This document shows, piece by piece, positions 1-8,393 of a DNA stretch of 32,222 bases (position 1 is the first letter of the stretch; each line of letters starts with the position of its first letter). The stretch spans positions 1-32,222 of the forward strand of contig DKLE01000256.1 in the NCBI GenBank assembly GCA_002455605.1. Direction: 5' to 3'. The notes under the pieces were generated by a model that was not told the origin of the DNA, ran no database searches, and saw only the letters and a list, made by a program, of their open reading frames with translations. This DNA is from Firmicutes bacterium UBA6648 (GTDB taxonomy: Bacteria > Bacillota > Clostridia > Peptostreptococcales > Anaerovoracaceae). The translations under genes were made by a program, and so were the position numbers.

Positions 1-135
1 TATTTCCTCATATTTCTCGACTGCCTGGGCACCATCCCCGGCTTCATATAAGTCTGTGTAACCGTTTTTTGCCAGAGTGTCTTTAATCATCATACGCATA
101 AATGCAGCATCATCAACTAACAAAATCTTTGCCAT
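1..135 (-). CDS. cheY: Chemotaxis response regulator CheY (5' part; runs off the window)
   Basis: Manual translation from ATG at 135: MAKILLVDDAAFMRMMIKDTLAKNGYTDLYEAGDGAQAVEKY; receiver DD motif; AGAGGT RBS; follows fliY as in Firmicute fla/che operons. Confidence 0.92.
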   Translation of the reverse strand, partial: MAKILLVDDAAFMRMMIKDTLAKNGYTDLYEAGDGAQAVEKYEEI

Positions 136-206
136 TTTTTTACCTCTTTCTTTTAAAAAGCATTTTAAAAATAGTATAACTTTTTATTTATTTTATAAAA
201 TTTAAT

Positions 207-1364
207 CTATAGGCTGTTTATAATATCAGCCTTTTTGATTACTTCTGTGATTCTTACACCGAAGTTATCATCAACTACTACCACATCGCCCTTAGCGATA
301 CATTGACCATTAACATATACGTCTACTTGGTCTCCAGCTAATTTGTCCAGTACTACTAAAGAACCCTGTCCAAATTCTAATATCTCTTTTACCAGTTTTT
401 TTGTTCTTCCGATTTCAACAGATACCTGGAGTGGTACCTTCATGATTAAATCCAGATTTGTTCCCGCGTCCGCTGCCGTAATTTCATAGTTTTGATGTAT
501 CGGCTGTACATTAATTAATCTCGGATCCTTAGGATACTGTGGCTGTGCATACATTTGCTGAGGATATCCCTGGGCCGGCATACCCTGCGGAGCCATCTGC
601 GGCTGCTGTGGTTGCTGTGGCTGCACCGGAGCCTCTGCATTTGCTGCAGCTCCTGCCAGCATGCCATTAATGTCTGCTTGAGATAAAGGCGCATTCTGAG
701 GAGCCGCCGCTGCCTCAGGCTGCATGGAATCTGTAACCGCAGAACTATTTTGGTTTTCCTCTCCTTCCATAAATCCAAAGGAGGATATCAGCTTTTTGCA
801 TAAATCTACCGACAACATAGTAATAAATTTACTGGAAAAAGTATCTTCAATATCGATGTTAAAATATACTTCCACCATCGGTTCATCACTTTTAAAGTAT
901 TTTTGTTTAAAGGAATCGGCGTCTTCAACTTCAAAGGCTATTGGTGTTGATATATTAACCATTGTTCCTATGACATCAGCTAAGGCTGTTGCCGAAGCTC
1001 CCATCATCTGATTCATCAGTTCGCAAACCGCACTTAAGGAAAGTTCATCCAGTTCAAAGGTTTCCGGCTCAATTTCGGTATACATCAGTATTTCCAAAAT
1101 TTTTCTGACATCATCCTTTTTCAGCAGCATTAAATTATTCCCGTTAAGTCCGGTTACGTATGTAATCTCAACCCCAACTGCTGGCTCAACTTCGCTGATT
1201 TCAAATTCTTCATAATCTCTTACTCTTACGGTAGGAGTAGTAATTGTAACCTTTCTCCCAAGCATGTCTGACATAGCAGTAGCGGAGGATCCCAAACTGA
1301 TATTCAGGATTTCGCCAATGCCGTCAATCTCCATAGGAGAAAAATAATTATTATTATCGCTCAT
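207..1364 (-). CDS. fliY: Flagellar switch phosphatase FliY (CheC-like domains plus FliN-type C-terminus)
   Basis: Two E-x2-N motifs (EILN, ELMN); Gln/Pro-rich linker; C-terminal SpoA/FliN domain (VSVEIGRT...GDVVVVDDNFGVRI). Confidence 0.93.
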   Translation of the reverse strand: MSDNNNYFSPMEIDGIGEILNISLGSSATAMSDMLGRKVTITTPTVRVRDYEEFEISEVEPAVGVEITYVTGLNGNNLMLLKKDDVRKILEILMYTEIEPETFELDELSLSAVCELMNQMMGASATALADVIGTMVNISTPIAFEVEDADSFKQKYFKSDEPMVEVYFNIDIEDTFSSKFITMLSVDLCKKLISSFGFMEGEENQNSSAVTDSMQPEAAAAPQNAPLSQADINGMLAGAAANAEAPVQPQQPQQPQMAPQGMPAQGYPQQMYAQPQYPKDPRLINVQPIHQNYEITAADAGTNLDLIMKVPLQVSVEIGRTKKLVKEILEFGQGSLVVLDKLAGDQVDVYVNGQCIAKGDVVVVDDNFGVRITEVIKKADIINSL

Positions 1365-1379
1365 ATATCACCTCTGCTA

Positions 1380-2387
1380 TCACCGGGTTATTGTGGTTCC
1401 GGTTATCTTTACTGCAACACTGCCTTTCTTCTCTCCAAGGCGGCCCTTATACCAAGGCTTATCTTCAATGTATAAAGCTACCTCTGAGTCCTTTGGCTTT
1501 CTTAAATTTATAACATCTCCAGGTTTCAGGGAATACACATCTTCCAGAAGAATACTCGCTTCTCCTAAAAAGGCCCTTATTTCAAGCGGAGAATCTTTTA
1601 GGCTGTCCAGAATTTCTTCCCTAGAAATTTCATCCTGATGTTCCCTTTTTCGTCCTGCAATATTGTTCTGCTCCGCAAGTTTAAATACATCCTCCATGAT
1701 TCCGCCGGGAATGCAAATATTGAAAGTTCCTGTAGTACCTTTTATCTCCATATTTAATACGACAATTACTACAATTTCATCTGCCTGTATACTTTGAATC
1801 AATCTCGGATTCGTTTCTATTTTATCAAATTTAAACGCTACATCAAAATAGCTCTGCCATGATTCTTCCATTATCGGAAGCAAATGAACCATAACATTTT
1901 CAAAAAGTGATATTTCTATATCGGTAAAACCTCCGTCGGTATCCATACCGTCAGGTTCTCCCGAGCCTCCTATCATTCTATCGATAAGCGCATAGATTAT
2001 AGAATTACTCATTTGAATCATCAATGTCTCTGAATCCCCATTACCATTATTTACGGATCCATCTACCATTGCTACGATGTCGTTCTCTGACAAAGCATTG
2101 TTAAATTCAAAATATTTTTGTTCTTCTATATCTACCATTTCAACCTGACAAGAAAGACGCATCATACTGGTTAGATACGATGACATTACTCTTGCAAAAT
2201 TTTCATAGACACTAAACACTAACTTTAGTCGATCTCTTGTGAATTTCTTAGGAGTCTTAAAGTCATATTTTTTTATTTTTCTGGTTTCTTCTTCCTCAAT
2301 TAGCTTTTCTTCTTCCGCTACCGCTTCCGGAGAGTTCAGAGAATTGAGTAAGGCGTCAATTTGACTTTGTGATAATACGTCAGCCAT
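1380..2387 (-). CDS. fliM: Flagellar motor switch protein FliM
   Basis: N-terminal LSQSQIDALL CheY-binding peptide; YDFKTPKKF; C-terminal SpoA domain. Confidence 0.95.
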   Translation of the reverse strand: MADVLSQSQIDALLNSLNSPEAVAEEEKLIEEEETRKIKKYDFKTPKKFTRDRLKLVFSVYENFARVMSSYLTSMMRLSCQVEMVDIEEQKYFEFNNALSENDIVAMVDGSVNNGNGDSETLMIQMSNSIIYALIDRMIGGSGEPDGMDTDGGFTDIEISLFENVMVHLLPIMEESWQSYFDVAFKFDKIETNPRLIQSIQADEIVVIVVLNMEIKGTTGTFNICIPGGIMEDVFKLAEQNNIAGRKREHQDEISREEILDSLKDSPLEIRAFLGEASILLEDVYSLKPGDVINLRKPKDSEVALYIEDKPWYKGRLGEKKGSVAVKITGTTITR

Positions 2388-2410
2388 CTAAATCTCCTAT
2401 TTTCATACTT

Positions 2411-3250
2411 TTAGACTTCTTCTTCTGTCACTGAATCTTGAGTTTTTTTACTTTCGTCTTTTTTCTCATTGCCACTTTGTGAACCATCTTCTATATTAGC
2501 ATAAACCTCATCTAAGGTATATTTTGTTGCGTCGTTTTTAGCAATATAAATTTCTACACGTCTGTTCTTTGCTCTGTCTGCCTCTGTCACAAAGGAAGCA
2601 ATCGGATAATGTTGTCCATATCCCATTGAAATCAGTTTCTTACCATCAATTAAGCCCTTTGTTTCGATATAAACTAAAACCTCAGCTGCCCTGTTTGAAG
2701 ACAAAAACCGATCTCCCGCTATAGGATTGGGATTATTGGGATCTGCCTGATTTGTATGCCCCATTATTCGGAGCTCACCCACTTGCTCCCTCACAGGAGC
2801 AATGGAATTGCAAAGCACATCCAGAATGTCTTTTCCCTCTTGCCTTAATATATAACTATCTCCGTTAAAAAAAATGTTATTCCTAAATATTATAAAAGTA
2901 AAATCTTTACCTTTTTTTACTTCCACACTTTCTTCCAGGTTATTTTGCTCTACGTATTCTTTCATCGCCCAGAATATCTGATCAAAGTTTTCCTTATCTG
3001 TCATTAATCCGCCGGCTTCCTGCCCAATGGCATGTTCACCCTTTTGATCATTGGGATCCTCTTGGACCAGCTGGCTTACGTTTTCCGCCGCTGCGGGATT
3101 GAAGCTCTTTACAATCATAACCCATTTCTCCGCATTCACGGTGGAAATAGAGAATAGCAATACGAAAAAACACAATAACAAGGTTACCATATCCCCATAC
3201 GTATCCATCCAGTTATTCTTAGGAGCCTCATGATTCTTTTTTCCAGCCAT
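2411..3250 (-). CDS. motB: Flagellar stator B subunit (MotB/MotS/PomB family)
   Basis: WMDTYGDMVTLLLCFFVLL TM segment with conserved Asp; OmpA-like domain (LSSNRA, NRRVEI); start moved to ATG 3250 behind GGAGG. Confidence 0.93.
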   Translation of the reverse strand: MAGKKNHEAPKNNWMDTYGDMVTLLLCFFVLLFSISTVNAEKWVMIVKSFNPAAAENVSQLVQEDPNDQKGEHAIGQEAGGLMTDKENFDQIFWAMKEYVEQNNLEESVEVKKGKDFTFIIFRNNIFFNGDSYILRQEGKDILDVLCNSIAPVREQVGELRIMGHTNQADPNNPNPIAGDRFLSSNRAAEVLVYIETKGLIDGKKLISMGYGQHYPIASFVTEADRAKNRRVEIYIAKNDATKYTLDEVYANIEDGSQSGNEKKDESKKTQDSVTEEEV

Positions 3251-3300
3251 AATAACCTCCTCTGGCGGCATAAATTACAATCATATAAGTAAATTTCCTG

Positions 3301-4083
3301 CTATTCCGTGGCTGCTGCCAAATCAGCCTTATCTGCCTCCGACAAGTAGGAAATTAATTTTTCCCTGATAAATTTTGGATTTTCTCCCGATTGTATAGAT
3401 AAAATCCCCTCTACGATCATCTGCTTACACAGCATTTCTTCCGCATGTCGCACTTTAAGTTTATTGGCAATAGGGAAAAAGATAACATTAGCAAATAATG
3501 ACCCATAAAAAGTAGTAATAAGTGCCACAGACATGGCAGGACCAATATCTCCTGCGCCTCCGCCTTCTATATCAAGCCCTTTAAGCATGTTAACCAATCC
3601 AATCAATGTCCCTATCATTCCAAAGGCGGGACAAGTTCCTGCTGCCAGTTCATAAAAGCCAAAACACTGGGCATGCCTTTCGTCTAAGTAATTCAATTCT
3701 TCTTCCAAAAGCTGTTTAACCTTATCGGAATCAATGGCATCAACAATTAAAAGCACACTATCCTTTAAAAAAGCATCTTCTAATTCTTCTGCTCTCGCTT
3801 CCAATGAAAGCAATCCGTTTTTTCTTGCTGATTGAGCTAAATCCACTATCAGCTCTATATAGGTCTTAGGGTCGTATTTTTTCCCGCCTATAACAATCTT
3901 TAAGTGCTTAGGAATACCTTTCAAAACTTCACCCGGCGCAGACGCCGCTATTACCGCCAAGGTTCCTCCGATTGTAATCGCTATACTTTGTATATCAAGA
4001 AAGTTTCCCAGCTTCCCAAAGCCGATTCCGTAAATAACAAGTCCAAATCCTGATAATATTCCTAATATAGTAGCTATATCCAT
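3301..4083 (-). CDS. motA: Flagellar stator A subunit (MotA/MotP/PomA family)
   Basis: ARKNGLLSLE, PAFGMIGTLIGL, ALITTFYG, GENP motifs. Confidence 0.95.
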   Translation of the reverse strand: MDIATILGILSGFGLVIYGIGFGKLGNFLDIQSIAITIGGTLAVIAASAPGEVLKGIPKHLKIVIGGKKYDPKTYIELIVDLAQSARKNGLLSLEARAEELEDAFLKDSVLLIVDAIDSDKVKQLLEEELNYLDERHAQCFGFYELAAGTCPAFGMIGTLIGLVNMLKGLDIEGGGAGDIGPAMSVALITTFYGSLFANVIFFPIANKLKVRHAEEMLCKQMIVEGILSIQSGENPKFIREKLISYLSEADKADLAAATE

Positions 4084-4105
4084 TTGCTTCTCCTATGTAG
4101 ATACA

Positions 4106-4351
4106 CTAACGTTCATCGTTCTGTTCAGCCATTTCTGCTAAACGCCTTTTTGCCTTTAAGTAGCTTTCTTTATCTGCTACTCGAGCATCGAATTCAATAA
4201 TCTTATCAATAATCTCCTCAAAGGGTTCCTTAACAATGTAATAGTCTTTATTAGTCAGAACTACCTTTGACTCCGGTATTGATTCAATAATCTGAATCTG
4301 CGTATGATTTAACAGAAACTCTATCCCATTTAATCTTGTAAGTTTTATCAT
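4106..4351 (-). CDS. flbD: Flagellar FlbD/SwrD family protein
   Basis: MIKLTRLNG...LN...IE.IPE N-terminus typical of FlbD; lies between flgE and motA; alternative GTG start at 4366. Confidence 0.88.
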   Translation of the reverse strand: MIKLTRLNGIEFLLNHTQIQIIESIPESKVVLTNKDYYIVKEPFEEIIDKIIEFDARVADKESYLKAKRRLAEMAEQNDER

Positions 4352-4415
4352 ATCAACTTCACTCACTTTACTTTATGGTATGGAGGAGCTGTTTTACCCC
4401 TCCATACCCTCTTAA

Positions 4416-5405
4416 TTATCTCTTCAGATTAACCAATTCTTCCAGCATTGCATCGGTTACGGTAATAATTCTCGTATTGGCCTGGAAACCTCTTTGTGTC
4501 GTGATCATATCCGTAAACTCTTTTGATAAATCTACATTGGACATTTCAAGGCATCCGGCCTGAACTGTACCTGTAGAATTTTGTCCTGACGGGTTTACAG
4601 TTATGGTGCCTGTATTTGCCTTTGCCGTATAATATGAATTTTCCCCTCTTTCAAGAGCATTTGGGTTAGGAACGTTAGCAATAGCGATTTTACCAATTAA
4701 AACAGATTCATCCTTATCATTAGTTCCCACGATACTTCCGTCTTGTCCTATGGTAACGTTCTTTAATTCCATTGGTTCATAGTTTGTTGCATCTGCATTC
4801 TTATTCGGCAGCCTAAGAGCAGTAATCTGTTCCATATCTAATTTATAGGAACCGCCTGTACCACTGGTATCTGCTTCATATTCACTAGCAAATCCATATA
4901 CCATTCTGCCATTAGAATCCACTAAATTTCCTGCTCCGTCAAAATTAAAGATACCCACTCTCGTAAAATTCAGTCCTGATACCTTTGTCTGATCAACAGC
5001 TCCGGGTGCATTCTCTCCTGTTGTCGTGGAAGAGTCTGCTCCCACCTTAATGCCGTCATAAACCCCTTCCGTTGTCTCAGTAGGCTTAGACCCTACAAGG
5101 AAAAATCCGTTTCCAACAATCATACAGTCCATTGGATTATCTGTAGTTGCGGTACCTCCACTAGTCATAAGCGAATCAATTGATCCCAGTTTTGAACCAT
5201 ATCCTACTTGGGAAGGATTTGTTCCTCCGTATTTATCTCCTGCATTGCTAGCACCTGATGATGTAGCATAAAAAACATCTCTAAAAGTTGCTCTTGCAGC
5301 CTTATATCCATATGTATTAACATTGGCAATATTATTACCTATAACGTCCATCTTCGATTGATGGGCGCGAAGTCCTGCAACCGCAGCAAACATCGATTTT
5401 ACCAT
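4416..5405 (-). CDS. flgE: Flagellar hook protein FlgE (short Firmicute type)
   Basis: MDVIGNNIANVNTYGYK N-terminus; LEMSNVDLSKEFTDMITTQRGFQAN C-terminus; downstream of flgD. Confidence 0.92.
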   Translation of the reverse strand: MVKSMFAAVAGLRAHQSKMDVIGNNIANVNTYGYKAARATFRDVFYATSSGASNAGDKYGGTNPSQVGYGSKLGSIDSLMTSGGTATTDNPMDCMIVGNGFFLVGSKPTETTEGVYDGIKVGADSSTTTGENAPGAVDQTKVSGLNFTRVGIFNFDGAGNLVDSNGRMVYGFASEYEADTSGTGGSYKLDMEQITALRLPNKNADATNYEPMELKNVTIGQDGSIVGTNDKDESVLIGKIAIANVPNPNALERGENSYYTAKANTGTITVNPSGQNSTGTVQAGCLEMSNVDLSKEFTDMITTQRGFQANTRIITVTDAMLEELVNLKR

Positions 5406-5517
5406 CTATTTTCTCCCTTCAGAGCCGCGCAGAGATATATCCGTCCACATATCTCATAACCTCCATAAATGGTCCAGTTATTTATTTCACGGCTATATTA
5501 AATTGTCTATTTACGAT

Positions 5518-5946
5518 TTACAGTATTACTGCACCGTCTATATTTGTAAACACGTTGTCTCTCATCTCACTGCCGGACATGGTTGTCACAACCGTTTTAT
5601 TCGGCACATTCACGATGAATGCATTCATTGAATCAAATATAACGACATCCTTTGCTCCTTTTGCATCTGCTTTTTTAACAGCATCATTTAACTCTTCCAT
5701 TAACTCAGGTGTCAATTCAATTCCTCTTTGTACCACTCTTTCTTGAGCATGCTTTGAAAATTGCAAGCCGCGGTTCTTATCTATACCGCTGTTTTTATCA
5801 AGCTGCTCCTTTAAGAGAGTTCCAAAATCAGCACCTATTGGTGTGATTCCTGCATTACGATTCGCCGTATTTACGTTATTGATACTTCTGTTGCCTACCA
5901 ATTGATTAATATTCTGGTAGTTATTTCCCACCTTAATATCAGCCAC
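5518..5946 (-). CDS. Putative flagellar operon protein (TIGR02530-like)
   Basis: FSKHAQER...RGI, NKTVVTT, NVFTNIDGAVIL motifs; between flgD and flgE; GTG start at 5946 behind GGAGG. Confidence 0.88.
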   Translation of the reverse strand: MADIKVGNNYQNINQLVGNRSINNVNTANRNAGITPIGADFGTLLKEQLDKNSGIDKNRGLQFSKHAQERVVQRGIELTPELMEELNDAVKKADAKGAKDVVIFDSMNAFIVNVPNKTVVTTMSGSEMRDNVFTNIDGAVIL

Positions 5947-5981
5947 TCTCAGCACCTCCCTCTATTGCTGTTTCATAAAGG

Positions 5982-6599
5982 CTAATTTTCATCGTCTCCT
6001 TTTGTACCCTCTGTAGGAGGCTCGGTCGGTTTATCCGGATCTACTGGCTCAGTTGGTTCCGTCGGTTCCGTTGGCTCAGTTGGTTCAGTTGGTTCAGTTG
6101 GTTCCGTCGGTTCAGTCGGCTTTTCCTCTGTAGACACGTCCCCAACAATCATGATCTGACTTAATGAAAATGCCTTATCGCCAATATAAATAATTGGCTC
6201 GCCTTCAAATAAAGTTACGCCTGTAACTGTTCCTTTTGTGGTAATCAGTTTATCAGTCGTTCCTGTTGAATCTGTAACAGTTTCTATGGACGCTACAGTT
6301 ACTTCCTTTCCTATCAGCGATGCTGCATAAGAAGTAGTATTCATTGCATATAGTTCTTCTTGAAGAGATACCATGTTTTGCATGGCCTGTATCTGAGAAT
6401 ACTGAGCCATTTGTCCCATCATTTCAGAGGTATCTGTCTGGTTATACATATCCTGATTTTTCAACTGTGCAACCAAGAGTGTCAGCCAGTCAGTAGTCTG
6501 CAAATTCAGATCAGTCTTCATTGAGTCACTTTTGCTCTTATCTGTTTTAAGAGACTTTAGTGCGCTTAAGATTTTATCATCTATTGATACGCCTGCCAA
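5982..6599 (-). CDS. flgD: Flagellar hook capping protein FlgD with Pro-Thr-Glu tail
   Basis: LTLLVAQLKNQD, QMAQYSQIQAM, AASLIGKEV motifs; TTG start after AAGGAGG. Confidence 0.9.
   Translation of the reverse strand: MAGVSIDDKILSALKSLKTDKSKSDSMKTDLNLQTTDWLTLLVAQLKNQDMYNQTDTSEMMGQMAQYSQIQAMQNMVSLQEELYAMNTTSYAASLIGKEVTVASIETVTDSTGTTDKLITTKGTVTGVTLFEGEPIIYIGDKAFSLSQIMIVGDVSTEEKPTEPTEPTEPTEPTEPTEPTEPTEPVDPDKPTEPPTEGTKGDDEN
6048..6119 (-). repeat. 8 x 9-bp coding tandem repeat, (PTE)8
   Basis: Eight CCR-ACK-GAR units with synonymous variation inside flgD. Confidence 0.95.
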
Positions 6600-6614
6600 A
6601 CCCTTCCTCCTTTT

Positions 6615-7826
6615 CTATACAGCTTCCTCTAAGTCTTCGGTCAGTCCCAGTCTCAGCCTGTCCATGAATGAAATATCTCCGGTATAATCCTTTTTCTCTT
6701 GCTGCTGACGCTGATTCTGCTGACTATTGCTTTGCTCCTGAAAATTATCTCGGTCAAATTGATTGCCGTCAGTTTCTGCCTGCTTTAGAGTAATGGTACT
6801 GTCTAATCCGGTGTTGTCTTCTAGTATTCCCCTCAGGGCATCAGCCTGCATAGAAAGCAGATGATGAGCTTTTGAATTTGATGCACTCATAATAAGCTGT
6901 GCTTTTCCGTTTTCAAAAATCATTTTGATATTAACTTTTCCCAATTCTCTCGGATTGAGTTCTAAATCAAATTCTTGCCTTCCTTCACTAAGCTTGTACA
7001 TGATTTTATCAGCCAGCTGCTTTGCTGCATCTGCCTGAGTCGTATCCACCGGGGCATCTGCAACTTTAATATGCACTTTTGATAAATCCAAGCTGCTATT
7101 TTTAGCAAATGCATTTTCTTTAAGACCTTCTGTCTGATCCGGCAGTACTTCCTCTGTCTTTTCTGAGCTCTGCAATTTTGTCGTCTTCGATTGAAGATTA
7201 TTTTCCTGCAAACCGTCATCTTGCTGAAGCTCACCCTTTGTCAAAATCTCCGTATGAGTTTGTACCGGCTTTTCCTGACTTTCATTTTGAAGAGCTTTAA
7301 GCATAGCAGATTTTGCTAAATCTACATTACTCTGAAAAGGCAGTTTTATTTCTCCCTCTTCCGGTTGTAGGATATTACCCAGAGCTTCCGGCAAACTTGA
7401 ATCCGAGTCTTTCAGCATGGACTCAAATAATACATTATTCACGGTATCCGCTTGTCCCTGCTGCAAGATACTGCAAGCATCCATGTCAGTCATTGCTGCG
7501 GCCGGATATTGAATCTGTGCTGCCGCTAATAATTGTACTTCTTGAGCAATCTCTGCAGTCATATCCTCTTTTACAGGTTCCTCACTGCTTTCAGAAAGCT
7601 TTTTCAAATCTGATTTCTGCTGTATTCTGCTCATGTTTTCTCTTCTGTCAGTTCTGATATTTTTCTCTGCAGCACTTGGTGAATTCTGCTTTCTGTCAAA
7701 CACCTTGTCCATTTCTTTTTTAAACGAAGCATTTGAGTTTTGGCCGGAATCACCTTTTTGAACATTCCCTGTATTTAGGATGCCTTGGTTTCCTCCTGCC
7801 ATTTGAAAAAATATTCCAGCATTCAT
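6615..7826 (-). CDS. fliK: Flagellar hook-length control protein FliK
   Basis: C-terminal LELNPRELGKVNIKM motif; low-complexity N-terminus; between fliJ and flgD. Confidence 0.88.
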   Translation of the reverse strand: MNAGIFFQMAGGNQGILNTGNVQKGDSGQNSNASFKKEMDKVFDRKQNSPSAAEKNIRTDRRENMSRIQQKSDLKKLSESSEEPVKEDMTAEIAQEVQLLAAAQIQYPAAAMTDMDACSILQQGQADTVNNVLFESMLKDSDSSLPEALGNILQPEEGEIKLPFQSNVDLAKSAMLKALQNESQEKPVQTHTEILTKGELQQDDGLQENNLQSKTTKLQSSEKTEEVLPDQTEGLKENAFAKNSSLDLSKVHIKVADAPVDTTQADAAKQLADKIMYKLSEGRQEFDLELNPRELGKVNIKMIFENGKAQLIMSASNSKAHHLLSMQADALRGILEDNTGLDSTITLKQAETDGNQFDRDNFQEQSNSQQNQRQQQEKKDYTGDISFMDRLRLGLTEDLEEAV

Positions 7827-7909
7827 TTAATGTTTTCCTCCTTTCCTATTAAATTTTAAAGGTGCTTTTTAATCTCCTAAAAGATTAAAATAAATTATAT
7901 ATCAAGCCG

Positions 7910-8353
7910 TTATTTGCGGCTGGATAACTGATTAGAAACAAACTCCTCAATACCCAGTTCTTCTTTTTTTGTTTCTTCTTTTACGTATTCTTCAAATCTT
8001 TTTTCACGGATTTTTTCTATAGACATCACATCAGTCTTTGCTGCAATTAGTTCTTTTCTGCGTCTCTGTTCTATTTTTTGCAGCCCTATCAGTTTCTCTT
8101 CTTCATTTTTTATATTGTTTTCCAGAATTTTAATATATACTTTATATCCTTGGTGCTCCAATATGGTTATTCCTTGTCTGTTCTTATCATTTAATTCCTG
8201 ATTTACGTTGCTCAATTCCTGCTTGAGCTTTACTATAATGTCATTTTGCTTATTGATATCAGAAACAGCCTTGGCATATTTTGCTTTAACTTCGTCCAAA
8301 GCGATATTTCGGTATTTTTCTACAGATTTTAAAGAAAATTTAAATTTCGCCAT
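7910..8353 (-). CDS. fliJ: Flagellar export protein FliJ
   Basis: MAKFKFSL N-terminus; coiled coil; 147 aa; directly after fliI. Confidence 0.9.
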   Translation of the reverse strand: MAKFKFSLKSVEKYRNIALDEVKAKYAKAVSDINKQNDIIVKLKQELSNVNQELNDKNRQGITILEHQGYKVYIKILENNIKNEEEKLIGLQKIEQRRRKELIAAKTDVMSIEKIREKRFEEYVKEETKKEELGIEEFVSNQLSSRK

Positions 8354-8393
8354 AATATCCTATTTTATACCTTTTCTCCTGTTTTTTCAACGA

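Noticed and set aside
540..630. Gln/Pro-rich repeats in fliY
   Set aside because: Ordinary low-complexity linker between the CheC-like and FliN domains
5487..5514. Sigma-28 promoter before flgE (TAAA-N16-GCCGTGAA)
   Set aside because: Weak -10 match; GCCG is better explained as one arm of the RNA outer stem
6048..6119. Tandem repeat as a CRISPR array or phase-variation tract
   Set aside because: In-frame 9-bp coding units with no spacers and no cas genes; copy changes would not shift the frame
7867..7890. Hairpin between fliJ and fliK
   Set aside because: Almost all A/T, weak, no U-tract; may be chance
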